Below, piece by piece: positions 26,300 to 38,827 of a stretch of DNA of 64,000 bases. This stretch comes from Dipteris shenzhenensis (Eukaryota). The translations under genes and the position numbers were made by a program. The DNA lies in NCBI GenBank assembly GCA_047967505.1, contig CM106538.1. One strand, 5' to 3'. Positions within the stretch are counted from its first letter, which is position 1. Each line of letters opens with the position of its first letter. The notes beneath the pieces are model-generated. The model worked only from the letters and a program-made list of their open reading frames with translations, did no database searches and was not told the DNA's origin.

Positions 26300-26650
26300 A
26301 TTGTGAGAATGTCTCTGATCCCCAAGCCATGTCGATGTTGTAAGAAAAGATCTGTTGACAGGGCTTTGGTGAAGATATCTGCTACATTGTCCTCAGGTGG
26401 ACAATAGATGAGATCAATGAAGCCATCAGAAATACAATCTCATACATAATGATAATGATTTTGAATGTGTTTCATGCGAGCATGAAAGACAGGATTGTTG
26501 GCTACGGCAATGCAACTCTGGCTGTCACAGAAGATAGAGTTTGCTTTGCCATCCTGGAGGAAAGAGAGACTCACTCTTGCTTCTTACTAAGCCATGAGAT
26601 ACAGGCTAAACCCAATGAGAAGCAATAGCCAGTAGTGGACCATCTGTCGC
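26300..26650 (-). pseudogene. Copia RNase H remnant (internally deleted)
   Basis: On minus: DRWSTTGYCFSLG...ISWLSKKQ, IFCDSQS...NPVFHARMKHI and DNVADIFTKAL. Confidence 0.9.
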
Positions 26651-29600
26651 AAGGAATTCCGTGATAAGTCGATGTCGAGTCTCTCGCTGTCGATGGTCCA
26701 AAGTACGCTCATGAATAAGGAGAACATAATCGTCGTCTTCGATTTCTGGGACATAATCACCTGCAGGAGGAACTGCTTCATCGCTTGGAATGTACGTCTT
26801 GAGCCAAGAAATATGAAATGTTGGATGGATTTTACCCCATGATGGTGGTAATTCCAATTTATAACTTAAAGGTGAATTTTTCTTGACGATCCGGAAAGGT
26901 CCATAGTATCTTGGTCGCAACTTAGGAAACACAGACTTAACCATCTTATAGCGATGTGGGGCTACAAATAATAGCACCATGTCACCAGTGTTAGATTCTA
27001 GGTGACGTCTATGTTTGTTGGCAGACCGTTGATACCGCTCTTGCGCTTTTCGCATATGATCCTTGACTTGCAGTAGAATGTCTTGCATTTCTTGAACCAG
27101 TTGATCAGCTAGGGCCACGCGATGTTGAAGTACAAAATTCGTTGGTATAATCGGAGTGTGTCCATAAGCTGCTTGGAACGGAGTCATGCTGATGGCACTA
27201 TGGAAAGACTTATTATAAGCAAACTCAAGGAGTGGTAGATACTCTGCCCAAGCTGCTAGGCGTGACTGAACATAATGTCGAAGCATTTCTTCCAGAACTT
27301 GGTTGACTCTTTCAGTCTGGCCATCTGATTCAGAGTGGTAGGCTGAACTGAACAGTAGAGTTGTACCCAAAGATTCAAACAGTGAAATCTAAAAGTGACT
27401 AGTAAACTTAGGATCTCTGTCAGATATGATATTCTTGGGCAATCCATGGTGTCGGAAGATGTGTTGTATGAAGAGCTTGGCTATGTTCGGAGCCTGTGCA
27501 CTGCTTTTGCAAGCAACAAAGTGTGCCATTTTGGACAATCGATCAATAATTACCATAATCTGAGTATTACCTCTGGAGGATCGTGGTAGTGTTGTAATGA
27601 AATCCATGGAAATACTTTCCCACCTTTCAGTTGGAACTGGAAGAGGCTGAAGAAGTCTTGTTGGAAGTCGTCGGCTTGCTTTCATTTGTTGACAAGAGAA
27701 GCAAGATGTAACCATTTTGATGACGTCGCTTTTCATCTAAGGCTAGTAGTATGTTGCACTGAGTAACCGATAAGTCTTGTTGATGCGTGGATGGGCAGCA
27801 TAAGGAACTACATGATGCTCTTTTAACAAAAGACGTTGAACATCCTTGTCATGTGGTACACAGACGCGATCTTGATAATACAGATTGTCGTCTGTATAAG
27901 AATAGGATGAGAAAATCTGCTGTTCGGAAGTCGAAGGTCTGTACTACGGTGCCGAAGTCTTTATCATTGAAATACTTTCCTTTGAATGAATTCGGAACAT
28001 CCACATACAATGTAGTGATTACCATGGCTGATGCGAGAGGTAACCTGCTGAGAGCATCTGCAACTACATTGCGTAGTCCTGGTATGTACTCAATGGTCAT
28101 GTGAAAGTTGGCCAGAAACTCAGCCCAGCGTGCTTGTCGAGCGTTCATGACTGGCTGAGTAAAGATATACTTTAAAGAGTGATGGTCTGTCTTGACCACA
28201 AAGTCGGCTCCCATGAGATAATGTTTCCAAGAGCGATAAGCATGTACAACAGCAAGAAACTCCTTATCATATACTGGATATCGGGTTTGGATATCAGAAT
28301 GTTTATGGCTGTCAAAAGCAATAACTCTGCCTTCTTGCATCAAGACTGCTCTTGTAGCGATGTTGGAAGCGTCGGTCATGACCTCAAATGGAAGGTTTGG
28401 GTCAGCAATAGCCATAACTGGTGTGGTAGTGAGTGCTTGCTTGAGTTGTTGGAAACTATACTCTGTTTCGGGAAGCCACTGAAAAATTGCTGTGCTTTTC
28501 AATAATTCGGACATAGGAGCTGCGATTTCGGAAAACTGATAGACCTTTGTATGGTAGAAGTTTGCCAATCCGAGAAAAGAGCGGACATCATGAATATTCT
28601 TAGGAGTAGGCCAGTTTCGGATTACCTTGACCTTCTTGGGATCCACAGAGATGCCTTGAGCGGAAATAACATGTCCCAAATATTCGAGTTGGGTCTTGAA
28701 GAACTCACTCTTCTCAATGTTGATGTAGAGAGAATTTGCGCGGAGAACTTCAAAAACTTGGTGTAGATGTTGTTTGTGCTCATGTAGGGATCTGCTGAAA
28801 ACGAGGATGTCATCGAGGTAAACAATGACGAACTTATCGAGGAAAGGCCTGAAGATGTCGTTCATTAATGTCATGAATGTGGCCGGGGCATTGTTTAACC
28901 CAAAAGGCATGACTAAATATTCATAGTGTCCATACTTTGTTCGAAAAGCTGTCTTGTACTCATCGCCTTCTCGTATGCGAATTTGATGATAACCTGAACG
29001 AAGATCAATCTTGGAGAATTGTGTTGCGTGTAGAAGTTGATCGAAGAGGTCATCGATGCGAGGCAATGGATACTTGTTTTTGATAGTGAGCTTGTTGAGG
29101 GCTCGGTAGTCGATGCAGAGATGCAGTGACTTGTTCTTTTTTTCCACAAGTAGTACAGGAGATCCGAAAGGGCTGCGAGTGAGCCGAATGTGACCTTTGT
29201 CGAGTAGTTCGGTGACCTGTCTTTGGATTTCTTCATTTTGAGTGTAAGAAACCCGATAAGGAGGTTTCGACGGTGGATTACTGCCAGGAATAAGTTCGAT
29301 TGGGTGATCCACTGGTCGTCGAGGTGGTAACTGCTTTGGCAATTCTCGTGGAAAAATATCCAGGTAAGGCTGGAAAAAAGGTTGGTTGAGGTACGCAGGA
29401 GGATCCTTTGTTGGTGTCTCCTCTACTGCCGTAACCAACAGAAGTGAAGTCTTTACTTTGACGTTTACGAACCCACTTCTTTACTTGTAGGGGCAGAGGC
29501 AACTGGGGTTGAAGGAGAGTCCCTAGAACCAGTTAGCTCAATAAGTTTTCCCTGGTGGACAAACTGGATAGTATGGCTACGAAAATTGATTGATGGATCA

Positions 29601-31213
29601 TAGTTGTAGAGCCACTGTTGTCCAAGTATGACATCGTACCGAGAAAGAGGCATAACGTCGAAGTTCAACTTGTCCGTATAATGTTGGATGCGAAAAGACA
29701 AGTTTTTAATCTTGGTGTTGCACAAGAAAGTTGTTCCATTTGCGAGTTCAATCTGATAGTCCATGAGACTAGGACTGGAGGTCAACCGAAGTTTATCGAC
29801 CACAGAACTGGCTAGGAAATTATGAGAACAGCCACTATCGATGAGGATGGTGACCGTTGTTCCACGAATCGATCCTTGAACACAAAGTACTTGAGTGGCC
29901 AGGGAAGGTTCGGGGTTGCTGGCAAGGCTCAGGTGGATGGTATTCGCCATTCGAATAGCTTTGCCTTTCTTGTCTTGTGCTGAGGTAGCATCTTCTCTTT
30001 GGGGAGTGCTAGGTTCCATATTGGAATTTTGCTTTGGTCGCTTGGGACAATCGAACCATCTATGGTCGCCTGTACAGATGGTACAAAGTCCTTTTGTGCT
30101 GGAGTTGTTCTTCTTGTCAGTGGCCGCACCTTTATGTTGGGGATGTCTGTAATGACTTTGTGAAGAAGAAGAAGCGCGATCCTTGGAGGGGTGCTTCTGT
30201 TGGAATCCAGCAAATGATTTCTGAGGCTTCTGGGGATCTTGAGACTGTCGCTGACCTTGATTACCAAAGTTTTTTCGAAACCTGGTGTTATCTTGAGGGC
30301 GAGCACCTTTGGCCAGAGGAGAGTTCTGTGTGCGATTAGCACTCTGCTTCCCTGTGTTTAGGAAATCTGTAATGCGCTCTGCGTAAGCAATAGCGCCATC
30401 TGTGGTGGTGATGTTTGCTTTAAGGACATCAATGCGTAACGAGGGATTTAGGCCTGAGATGAAAGCATGAAGGCGATCATCCTCAGTTAAACCATCAATC
30501 TCCAGCACCAATGTGGTGAACTGAGAGATGTAACCGTAGTTAGTGAACTAACTGTGGTTAGGAGGAAGACAGGGAACCCGTTTGCTCCAACTGTCGGAGT
30601 TTTGAACGTGCTTGGAAGTCCGCATTGGCAGGTATAAACTGCTTACGGAGCACGTGTTCAAAACGTTCCCATGTTAACACACTTTTGCCTTTAAGCGTCT
30701 TTGCCACCATAGAAAAGCTGTATCCTTCAGGAGGGAGGCAGCCAAGGCGATCTTTTTGCCTTCAGTGAGGTCAACAGTGTCAAAATACATGCGCATTTTT
30801 GCGAGCCATTGGTCAACTGTTCGGCGATTACGTTGACCAGTGTAGGCTTCTGGAAGTTTGATGTCAAGTCTTTTAGTTTTGGAAGCTTGAAGTAATCGGT
30901 AGAGGGCACGTAGTTCAGTGTTTTCTGCCTCTGGTGGGAATGAATCCGCATAGTCGTCTGGTTGCGTCACGTCATCCTCTGTATGTGTGGTACTTCGAGA
31001 ATCTTGAAGTTGTTGAACTTTCTGGACCAAGTCGGAGATGCTATCCTGAAGCTGGGAAATTTGAAGTTGCAATAGTGATTCGCCTTGTACGTTGACTTCA
31101 GGGGTCTTTTTTGGACTTGAGTCTTTGATCTCTGGAGAGGCTTCACGCGAGCGTTGCGACATATCGGAGATCCCTGTGAGAAAAGCACGAACTTGCGCTC
31201 TAGTTTCTACCAT
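26651..31213 (-). pseudogene. Gypsy-2 gag-pol, fragmented
   Basis: ORFs 30674-31213 (gag), 29465-30511 (gag/PR), 27849-29438 (RT/RH), 27389-27736 and 26606-27370 (INT). Confidence 0.93.
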
Positions 31214-31844
31214 TCCTGGAAGAAGATTCGGGCTGCTCCCTGAGGTTGCTCATGTTGGAGGGGGCAGGCGAGGCAGGATGGAACCACCCGTGGAAGTCTG
31301 GTAAAGGAGGTCCTGTTTGAGGTAACACTGGTGATGCCGAAAGTGGTGTTACTACTCGTGAGAGGACAGGAGTAGGTAGTAGAGTCCACGGATCTGAGAA
31401 GGGATAGGGAGCTGCTGTCGGAAATGGAGGATATCCAAGAGAAGGAGTGCCTTCAGAGTGTAAATACTGACTTGGAGAAGGTACAACCTGTAGAGGAGGA
31501 CATCTGGGAGCTGAAGGAGGTGGAGAGTACCCTGGAGATGCCGAAGGTGAGGGGTAAAATTCTCTCCAAAGATGGACAGCAAACTCTTGAGGAATATCGG
31601 GTTCTGGGTATCTTCGTGCCTCGTGGAACACAACCTGTACTGTGCTGAGGAAGTAATGCAACTGAGGTGCCTCACGCAGAAGGTAGAGGATGTGGTCTAA
31701 ATCACTAGGAGGGCACGTGACACAGAAGACCCAAGATGCAAAAGCTCCGAAATGGGCTTGCTGTGCAATTTGAACACGATATTGTGTGGTAACTGATGCC
31801 TGAGGTGTCCTTGAAATGCCGGGTGAATTACCAGGGGTTTCCAT
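31200..31844 (-). CDS. Extra 214-aa sense ORF upstream of Gypsy-2 gag, function unknown
   Basis: Uninterrupted ATG-initiated ORF overlapping the gag start by 14 nt. Its N-terminal half has normal composition and its C-terminal half is Pro-rich. Confidence 0.35.
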   Translation of the reverse strand: METPGNSPGISRTPQASVTTQYRVQIAQQAHFGAFASWVFCVTCPPSDLDHILYLLREAPQLHYFLSTVQVVFHEARRYPEPDIPQEFAVHLWREFYPSPSASPGYSPPPSAPRCPPLQVVPSPSQYLHSEGTPSLGYPPFPTAAPYPFSDPWTLLPTPVLSRVVTPLSASPVLPQTGPPLPDFHGWFHPASPAPSNMSNLREQPESSSRNGRN

Positions 31845-32303
31845 GCTTTAAGGGAGATTCTTTCATTTGCTGTAATTTGTTAATGGGAAGAGAATCCTTA
31901 AAAGAAGATTGGAAAGACTCCACCTGGCAATAATTTAATCTGCCAAATTGTTGCGTAGAAGAAGGCTGCAAATCGCTGTCCGGAGATCCATGTTGCAGTG
32001 GTTTGCGAGTAGAGAACGAGGCTTGTCTGGTCCGGGCTGTTAACAGGCGGTCTTCATCACGCGAGGAGGCTGCAACTGGTGCTGATTTGACAGGACAAAG
32101 ATGGCGAAACAAGCGGGGGCTGCAGGCTGGCAATGGCGAAGCACAAGGCAGTTCCCAGGCTGTTCTGCGCAGGAAAAGGCAGGAGCGAAGGCTTGGCTGG
32201 CAAGGACTGCGCAGGAGGGGAGGCTGTGTGCTGGAGAGGCCAAATGAAATGCGCAGGGGCTGGTCGTAGGGCTGTGCAGGCTGTATGGTGCAGGCTGCTG
32301 ATG

Positions 32304-32480
32304 GTACGGCGCAGGGCTAGTGCAGGGCTGGTGCAGGGCTGCACAACTGTACGTGCAGGCTGGCGGATGGTACGGCACAGGCTGCGCAGGACTGTACGGC
32401 AAGGACGATGGCTGGCGCAGGCTGCAGGTAAGTCCGTACGTGCAGGGCTGGTGCTGCGCAGGCTGCCAGGAATTCCGTAC
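32304..32480 (-). promoter_or_regulatory. CCGTAC cluster in the Gypsy-2 leader
   Basis: GTACGG at 32304, 32370 and 32394; CCGTAC at 32434 and 32475. Confidence 0.55.
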
Positions 32481-33559
32481 GTTGCAGTTTTTCGTTGGGG
32501 AAAAGATGCGACTTTTCGTTGGGGCTGTCTAAAGGGTTAGTTGCCCCAAAAATTAAATGGGGGGGTTTAGTTAACTCTAGGTAGCTAGGGTAACCTAAGG
32601 GTAGGGGATGGGTTTATTTTTTTTCCCTTTTTTACCCCTCTAGGTACCCTTTTGTAGGTACTTGGGGCCTAAAAGGTGTGCCTATTCGAAGGGGTGTGAC
32701 CCTTGGAATAGGTGCACCTTTTCATGAAGGGGTGTGTCCCTGTTTTTAAAAGGAATGTCCCTACATGAATAGGTATGTCCTTTTGTCCACGATGGGGTGT
32801 GTCTCTTGAGTGAGGAGTCGAGACTCGTCACCAAAAGGTGTGTCCCATGGTGGAAAAGGTGCGTCCCTTGGTTTTGGGACAGCCCAAGCACCTGAAAAGA
32901 CACGATTTTTGTCGTGTCCATTCACATCAACTTGTGATGTGAGGGAGATGGAGAGGCCATAGATGACTTTAGGCAGGGTTGGCGCTTAAAATTTTTACGC
33001 TCATCCTCTCCATCTCTTCCATGCACAATGTGCACAGATAACCTTCTGGCGGAAAAGATATATCAGATCGGCGCTAGAAGGTGGGGAGGCATTTCCTACT
33101 GGCAGGAGCGAATTTTGCTCTGATACCACTGTAAGAAATCCAGATTTACTATATTTAGAAATGTGCTAAGGAACATAAAGGAGATTGAAATAGCAGAGAA
33201 TAAGGAATAACTGTATTGCTTGAATATCTGTAGGGTGGATGTTGTTGTCATCCATTCAATTGGGCCTCTCTTATATAGAGAGTGAAGAGTCACACATGAA
33301 AAGGTGTGTACTCCAAAGGGTATGTGCATGAAGAGGTGTGTACCCCTTGTGAAGGGTGTGACCCTTGATGAGAGGGTACATTACAATAGAAATGTCTCTT
33401 CAATAGGATGTCTCTTGTGAAGGGTTGTGCCTCATTACGAAGTGTCCCGTCGAAAGGGCAAGTGTCCCGTCGAAAGGGCATACCCTTCCACAAGTGTCCA
33501 TTCATTAAACCATCCATAAGTCTAGAAATAGAGAAAGGAATACGTCACAGATCGTGACA

Positions 33560-36500
33560 CCAACCAACTGCCTGTACAAAGTGCCATCAAACTTTTCAGC
33601 AGTATCATGCTTACTCAACTTGAGTCCCTTTTCCAATGGAGTAGCCACAGGCTTACAATTCTCCATTTTAAATTTCTGCAACAACCCCTTCGAATACTTT
33701 GTCTGTGACATAGAAATCCCATCATGGGTCTACCAAAACTCAATGCCAAGACAATAATGCAATAGGCCCAAATCTGTCATGTCAAAGTTTTGACATAAAG
33801 TAGACTGCACTGCTGTAATTTGCTGCAAATCACTGTCAGTGAGTATGATGTCATCCACATATAGTACCAACATGACCAATTCTGATTTTTGCTGCAGAAC
33901 ATACAGATTTGGCTCTGTATCAGTGTTTACGAAGCCCTGGGACAGCAAAAACTGATGTATCTTCTGATACCACGCACGAGGTGCTTGCTTTAGCCCATAT
34001 AGAGCCTTTTTGAGCTTGCATACCTTATGCTCTTGTCCCTTCACCTCAAAACTTTTGGGTTGATGTACATAGACCTCCTCTTTAAGATCTCCATTGAGGA
34101 AAGTGGTCTTGACATCCATTTGGTACATTGACCAACCATAAAACACAGCAAGAGAGATGACGGAATGAATGGTGGTCATCTTGGCCACTGGAGCAAATGT
34201 CTCCTCATAATCTATCCCCTCCTCTTGTGCATACCCCTTGGAAACCAAACGGGCTTTGTATTTCTCAACTATGCCCTCTGAATGGTATTTCACCTTATAA
34301 ATCCATTTTGTGCCAACCACATTTTTCCCAATGGGTGCATCAACCAAGTCCCATGTGGCATTCTTCTCAATGGATTTAATCTCAGCTTCCATAGCTTTCT
34401 ACCATGCCAGATTATGCTGAGCATCCTTGAAGCTCTGAGGCTCATTTTCAGCTTCCATCACTGAGGTCATCAAAGCAAAATTGACCTTTTTTTTATTTTT
34501 TTGAGTGCTGGCCCTGGTTTTCCCCAAAGTTGGCTGATCCTTAGCATCTTGAATGGTCAACCTTGCCCAACGTGGAATAGATTTCTCTGCTGTACCACTC
34601 GGAGCTGCATCAACATCTTTAGTGGCCTCACGACGTTAATAATGCCTCCAAACATGAGGCTGTCTATTCTCATTAATTGGCTGCAAATCCGAAACATTTG
34701 AGGCAGAGCCATGCTCAACATGTAGCAAGCCATTTGAACTATGAGAAGTAGAAGGGGAAGCATTAGGAGACTCCGTCTCATCATCCTCAAACTGGATGAT
34801 GTCCAAAGAGGTGTCATTGTATGGTGGCAAGTCTGCACTAGCGGGCTTCATGCACTCATTCTCAGCAAAGAGAATATCTCTACTGATTATTACTATCCTG
34901 GTAGCGGGATTATAAAGCCTAAATCCCCTGCTTTCAGTGCTATACCCCATGAAAATGCATTTGACACACTTGTCATCAAGCTTTGTCCGATGTGCATCTG
35001 GAACCAAAGCATATGCCACTGAGCCAAAAACTCTGAAATGACTAACATTTGGCTTAAAGCCATACAAAGCCTCAAATGGAGTCACATTAATCAAAGCTTT
35101 GGAAGGGCATCTGTTTTGAATATAAGTGGCTGTCACAACTGCTTCTCCCCAAAAAGCCTTTGAGACTCTCTTGAATTTCAGCATGCATCTCGTCATTTCC
35201 ATGAGAGTACGATTCTTCCTCTTAGGGAGTGGATTCTGCTGTGGTGTGTAAGGGCATGTCAAGTGATGTTTAATCCCATGCTGCTTCAAAAATCCCTGGA
35301 ATGCATGTGACATGTACCCTCCCCCTCTATCCGAGTTGAGTGTTCCAATTCTAGAATTGGTTTGGTTCTCAGCCATAGCTTTGAACTCCTAAAACCAATA
35401 GAACACCTCAGATTTTTCCTTCATGAGAAAAAGCCATGTGAACCTGGAGAAGTCATTTATAAAGGTCACAAAGTACCTTGCTCCTCTATGCGTGGGAATA
35501 GTCATGGGGCCACATACATCACTGTGCACTATCTGTAACACTCTGGTTGCCTTGACCCAATTCTTGCCTTGTTTACTGAATGGCAAGCGATGCAATTTGC
35601 CAACTGCACACCCCTCACACACTTCATTTGCTGGTTGCTGTAATTTTGGCGTTCCTTGAGTCATATTATTGTTGTACAAGTAGGACAATGCCCTGTGATG
35701 GACATGTCCAAACTGGCATGCCATAAATCAGCCTGGGAAGTGTTTGCTACAGCCAATACCTTCTGATCATAAGGCTGAGCATCAAGCTTGTATAAGCCTC
35801 TGTCATATGTGCATGTTGCTACAACCTCATACCCTTTCTTTGGATCCTTGATCCTGCATTGGTTATCCTGAAATTTGATCAACATATGTTGATCATGGGC
35901 AATGTTTGAAACTGAAATTAGATTTTGCCTCAAATCGGGAACATACCAAACATCTCGGATATACTTAACTTTCCCATTATCAAGCTGAATGGGAATGTGC
36001 CCAACTCCGATGATGTCTTGAGAAGCATCATTGGCACATGTAACCTGTCTGCCATGAGCAGGTGTGATCTCAAACCACTCCTGGCGAGGAGTCATGTGGT
36101 TAGTAGCACCACTGTCGATATACCATGTATCACTTGCAACAAGGGAAGCATCCCCTGATTGATTTTCAGCATTCAAATTACCCCTAGCATATATCTTCTC
36201 ATTAAATGCAGCAAACACAAAATCTCTATCACCTTGGGCAAGATGAGCTTCACCATGTGCATTTGAAGCTCGAGTTTCAGTGGGGCCAACAAAATTACTG
36301 CTAGAGCTGTCCCTTTGCCTCTTCTTTTCATTAGCAATCCTTTCTGACACTCTGCGATGTAATGCCCTGGCTTCTTGCAATAACTGCATTTGCTCTTTTT
36401 CTGATTTTTGCTTGAACTGCTTGAGTTTGGGAATGTTCTTGGATTCATCTAGGTATATGCTTCTGCCGTATTAGCAGACATGCAAATTTCACCTTGTGAA

Positions 36501-37843
36501 GTTTTCGTCCAAGTTGCGGCCTGCTGGTATTGCGATAATTCTTTCTATCTTAAATGGTGCGTTGCCCTATCAGCTAGATTTAGATTTAGATGCTCATTTG
36601 GGAGAGACTAGTTTAGACTTCACAAGCAGTTGTAGCTTGAATGAAGAGATTTGGACTACTTTTTGATTAGCCTTCTCCTTTAGTGCTAGCGTTCGCCATG
36701 GCTGAGTTTGCCCTTCACCTCCGGAGTGTCGACAGAAACTTAGTACGAAGACTTTGTATAGATGGATGCTCAAGTATGTGTGGGTGTGTGGATTTGTATG
36801 TATGAGAGCATACTTTTATACTATGGTCTACACCCACTGTTGGGCGCTGATGACGTCAGTGGGGATGTCATAGTAGCTAGTCCCTGCTATACGTGATGGA
36901 GTTTATGGTTTTCAATCTTATGAGTGACTCTTGTGAGATTGAAACTGCACTATGTTGTGTTTTTAGAGGATGAGTTTGGGAATATTCCTGGATTCATCTA
37001 GGTATATGAGCTGCTTGCATTCCCCTCCTTGGGCTGAGTTGTATGGCTGTGTTTTGGCTCAAACTTTTTCTGAAATTTGCCTTTTCCACCCATGGCAAAT
37101 GCTTGCTCACTCTGACAAGAGGCTTTGGCAAAATTTGAGCATCTCTCCTCTTCCTGCAAACAAAAGCCTAACTAACTTATCGAATGAGAGTGGGGCTGCC
37201 CTAAGAACAATGGTCAATGGTGCTAAGCTATTGAGAGTAATAGAGACGAGCTTCTTGTCTTCTATTTCCTCATCAATACTTGCGAGTTGATCACGTAGAT
37301 CAGTGATCCTGGCAATATGATCAATGATGGCCTAGCCTTCTGCATCTCGAGATCCTTGAGCTGATTTGTCAAGGCAATGGTTCTTGCCTCATTCTTAACA
37401 TGATACATGTTTGCCCATGCTGCCTTTGCATCCTTGCACGACTTGATAGTCGTCATAATGTGCCTCTTCACATTTGTGGCAATCAAAAACATCGCTTGGG
37501 CACTGCAGCGCTCAAACTTCTTTTGCTCCTCCGTCGATGCTATGGGACTAGTAGGAGGGACTATAGCAGTCTATTGTCTGCCTGTAGTCTGACCTGAAGA
37601 AGCTGTGCTGGATGTGGATGAGCCTACTGGCCTCACCTCCCCCCTACTAACAATGTCCCACAAGCCCTTACCAACCAAGATGTTCTTAAGCATGAATGAC
37701 GACAAGGCATAGTTTGGTCCATCCAGCTTGTCATCCTCGGACAAATTGCCAAAACTGTCTAAAAGAGTCGACATGATGCAAAATGGGATACCCACAAGCT
37801 GCAAATGTACATGCAAAAAGAACTGCAAGTCCCAAAAGTGCAA
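33560..37843 (-). pseudogene. Copia gag-PR-INT-RT, fragmented
   Basis: Gag KLDGPNY...KGLWDIV; CSYCKKPGHYIAEC; PR WYIDSGATNHMT; INT VHSDVCGP and [42 protein letters not shown] and YRQLVG. Confidence 0.95.
36460..36970 (-). other. 511-bp non-Copia insertion in Copia gag, flanked by 38-bp direct repeats
   Basis: TGAGTTTGGGAAT(G/A)TTC(T/C)TGGATTCATCTAGGTATATG at 36422-36459 and 36971-37008. Confidence 0.85.
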
Positions 37844-38462
37844 TTGGCTGCAAATGTGCCTGCAAATCCCAAACTAACACTGACTGTAAATGCAAAGTAC
37901 GAAGGCTGCTCTGAAATCCCACTGACTGCACAATGCAATCACTGCAAAAATGGTATCAACCAATGATTGCACTTTGCTGCAATCTGAAGTGCAATCCCAA
38001 ACTGGAAACGCACAACCCAAATCTGAAAGAGCGCACCCACGAGTGCTCAAATGCATCCAACAGAGCTCAAAAGCATCCACAACTGTAAAGTAACTGCAAA
38101 TGCACCCAACAATGCAGAGTATCTGCAAATGCACCTGAGAGTGCAAGAGTATGGGCTGCAAAAACAGTCCGGAAGCAAAATACACAGCTCAAAACACTTA
38201 CTGGAAGTGCAACTTGGCCCGAACCACCTGTAAAACAGTCCACTGACTGTATGGGCAAGCTGGAGATGACAAAGGAGCTGAAGTGAGCTGTTTGGAGCTG
38301 AATGAAGCTGTCGGGAGTACTTCTAAAACACAACACACGTGTAGAGAAGAGCCTGGAGCTGCTAAAACACACCCGGGAGAGGCTAGAGCTGAAAAAGGTC
38401 CAGATCTGAGCAGAAACGTCCAAAAATAGTTGAAGACTGCTCGAATTGCCTTCTAACAAGTT

Positions 38463-38551
38463 GTACGGATTCGAAATCAGGTTCTAACAAGTCGTACGGA
38501 CTCGCGGCATTGTCGCGCAACTATATGGACAGATCCTTACGGACTGTACGG
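38463..38551 (-). promoter_or_regulatory. CCGTAC cluster in the Copia leader
   Basis: GTACGG at 38463, 38494 and 38546, between the PBS and gag. Confidence 0.45.
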
Positions 38552-38827
38552 ATGGAAAAAAAAACTTTTTTTTGGGGGGTTTTTTTTTCCGCCTAAAATG
38601 GTGCGGGACAGATTTGTTTGTATGCGGGCAGCTCAAAAATTAAAAAAAACCGTTGAAATCAGACCTCAAAAGGTCAAAAAACAGCCGCTGGACCATTGGA
38701 GTTACCTCAAACGAAAGCTAGAGAGCTGAATGTGAGAACCAGGAACGCGGACTGGAGCACCAAGCTTGGGGTGTTTGGAAGCAAGCCCGGGAATGGGCTC
38801 TAGAGACGGAAGCGCTCTGATACCAAA

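Larger units (their letters stand above)
26651..33559 (-). mobile_element. Ty3/Gypsy chromovirus (Gypsy-2) nested in the Copia RT; 3' LTR lost
   Basis: 5' LTR at about 33130-33559 and PBS at 33117-33128. Gag MVETRAQ (31213), [44 protein letters not shown], and a chromodomain start truncated at about 26651. Confidence 0.92.

Noticed and set aside
37780-38250. Cys/Leu-rich ORFs and CTGCAAATG repeats in the Copia leader
   Set aside because: Degenerate simple repeats in the UTR with no evidence of coding.
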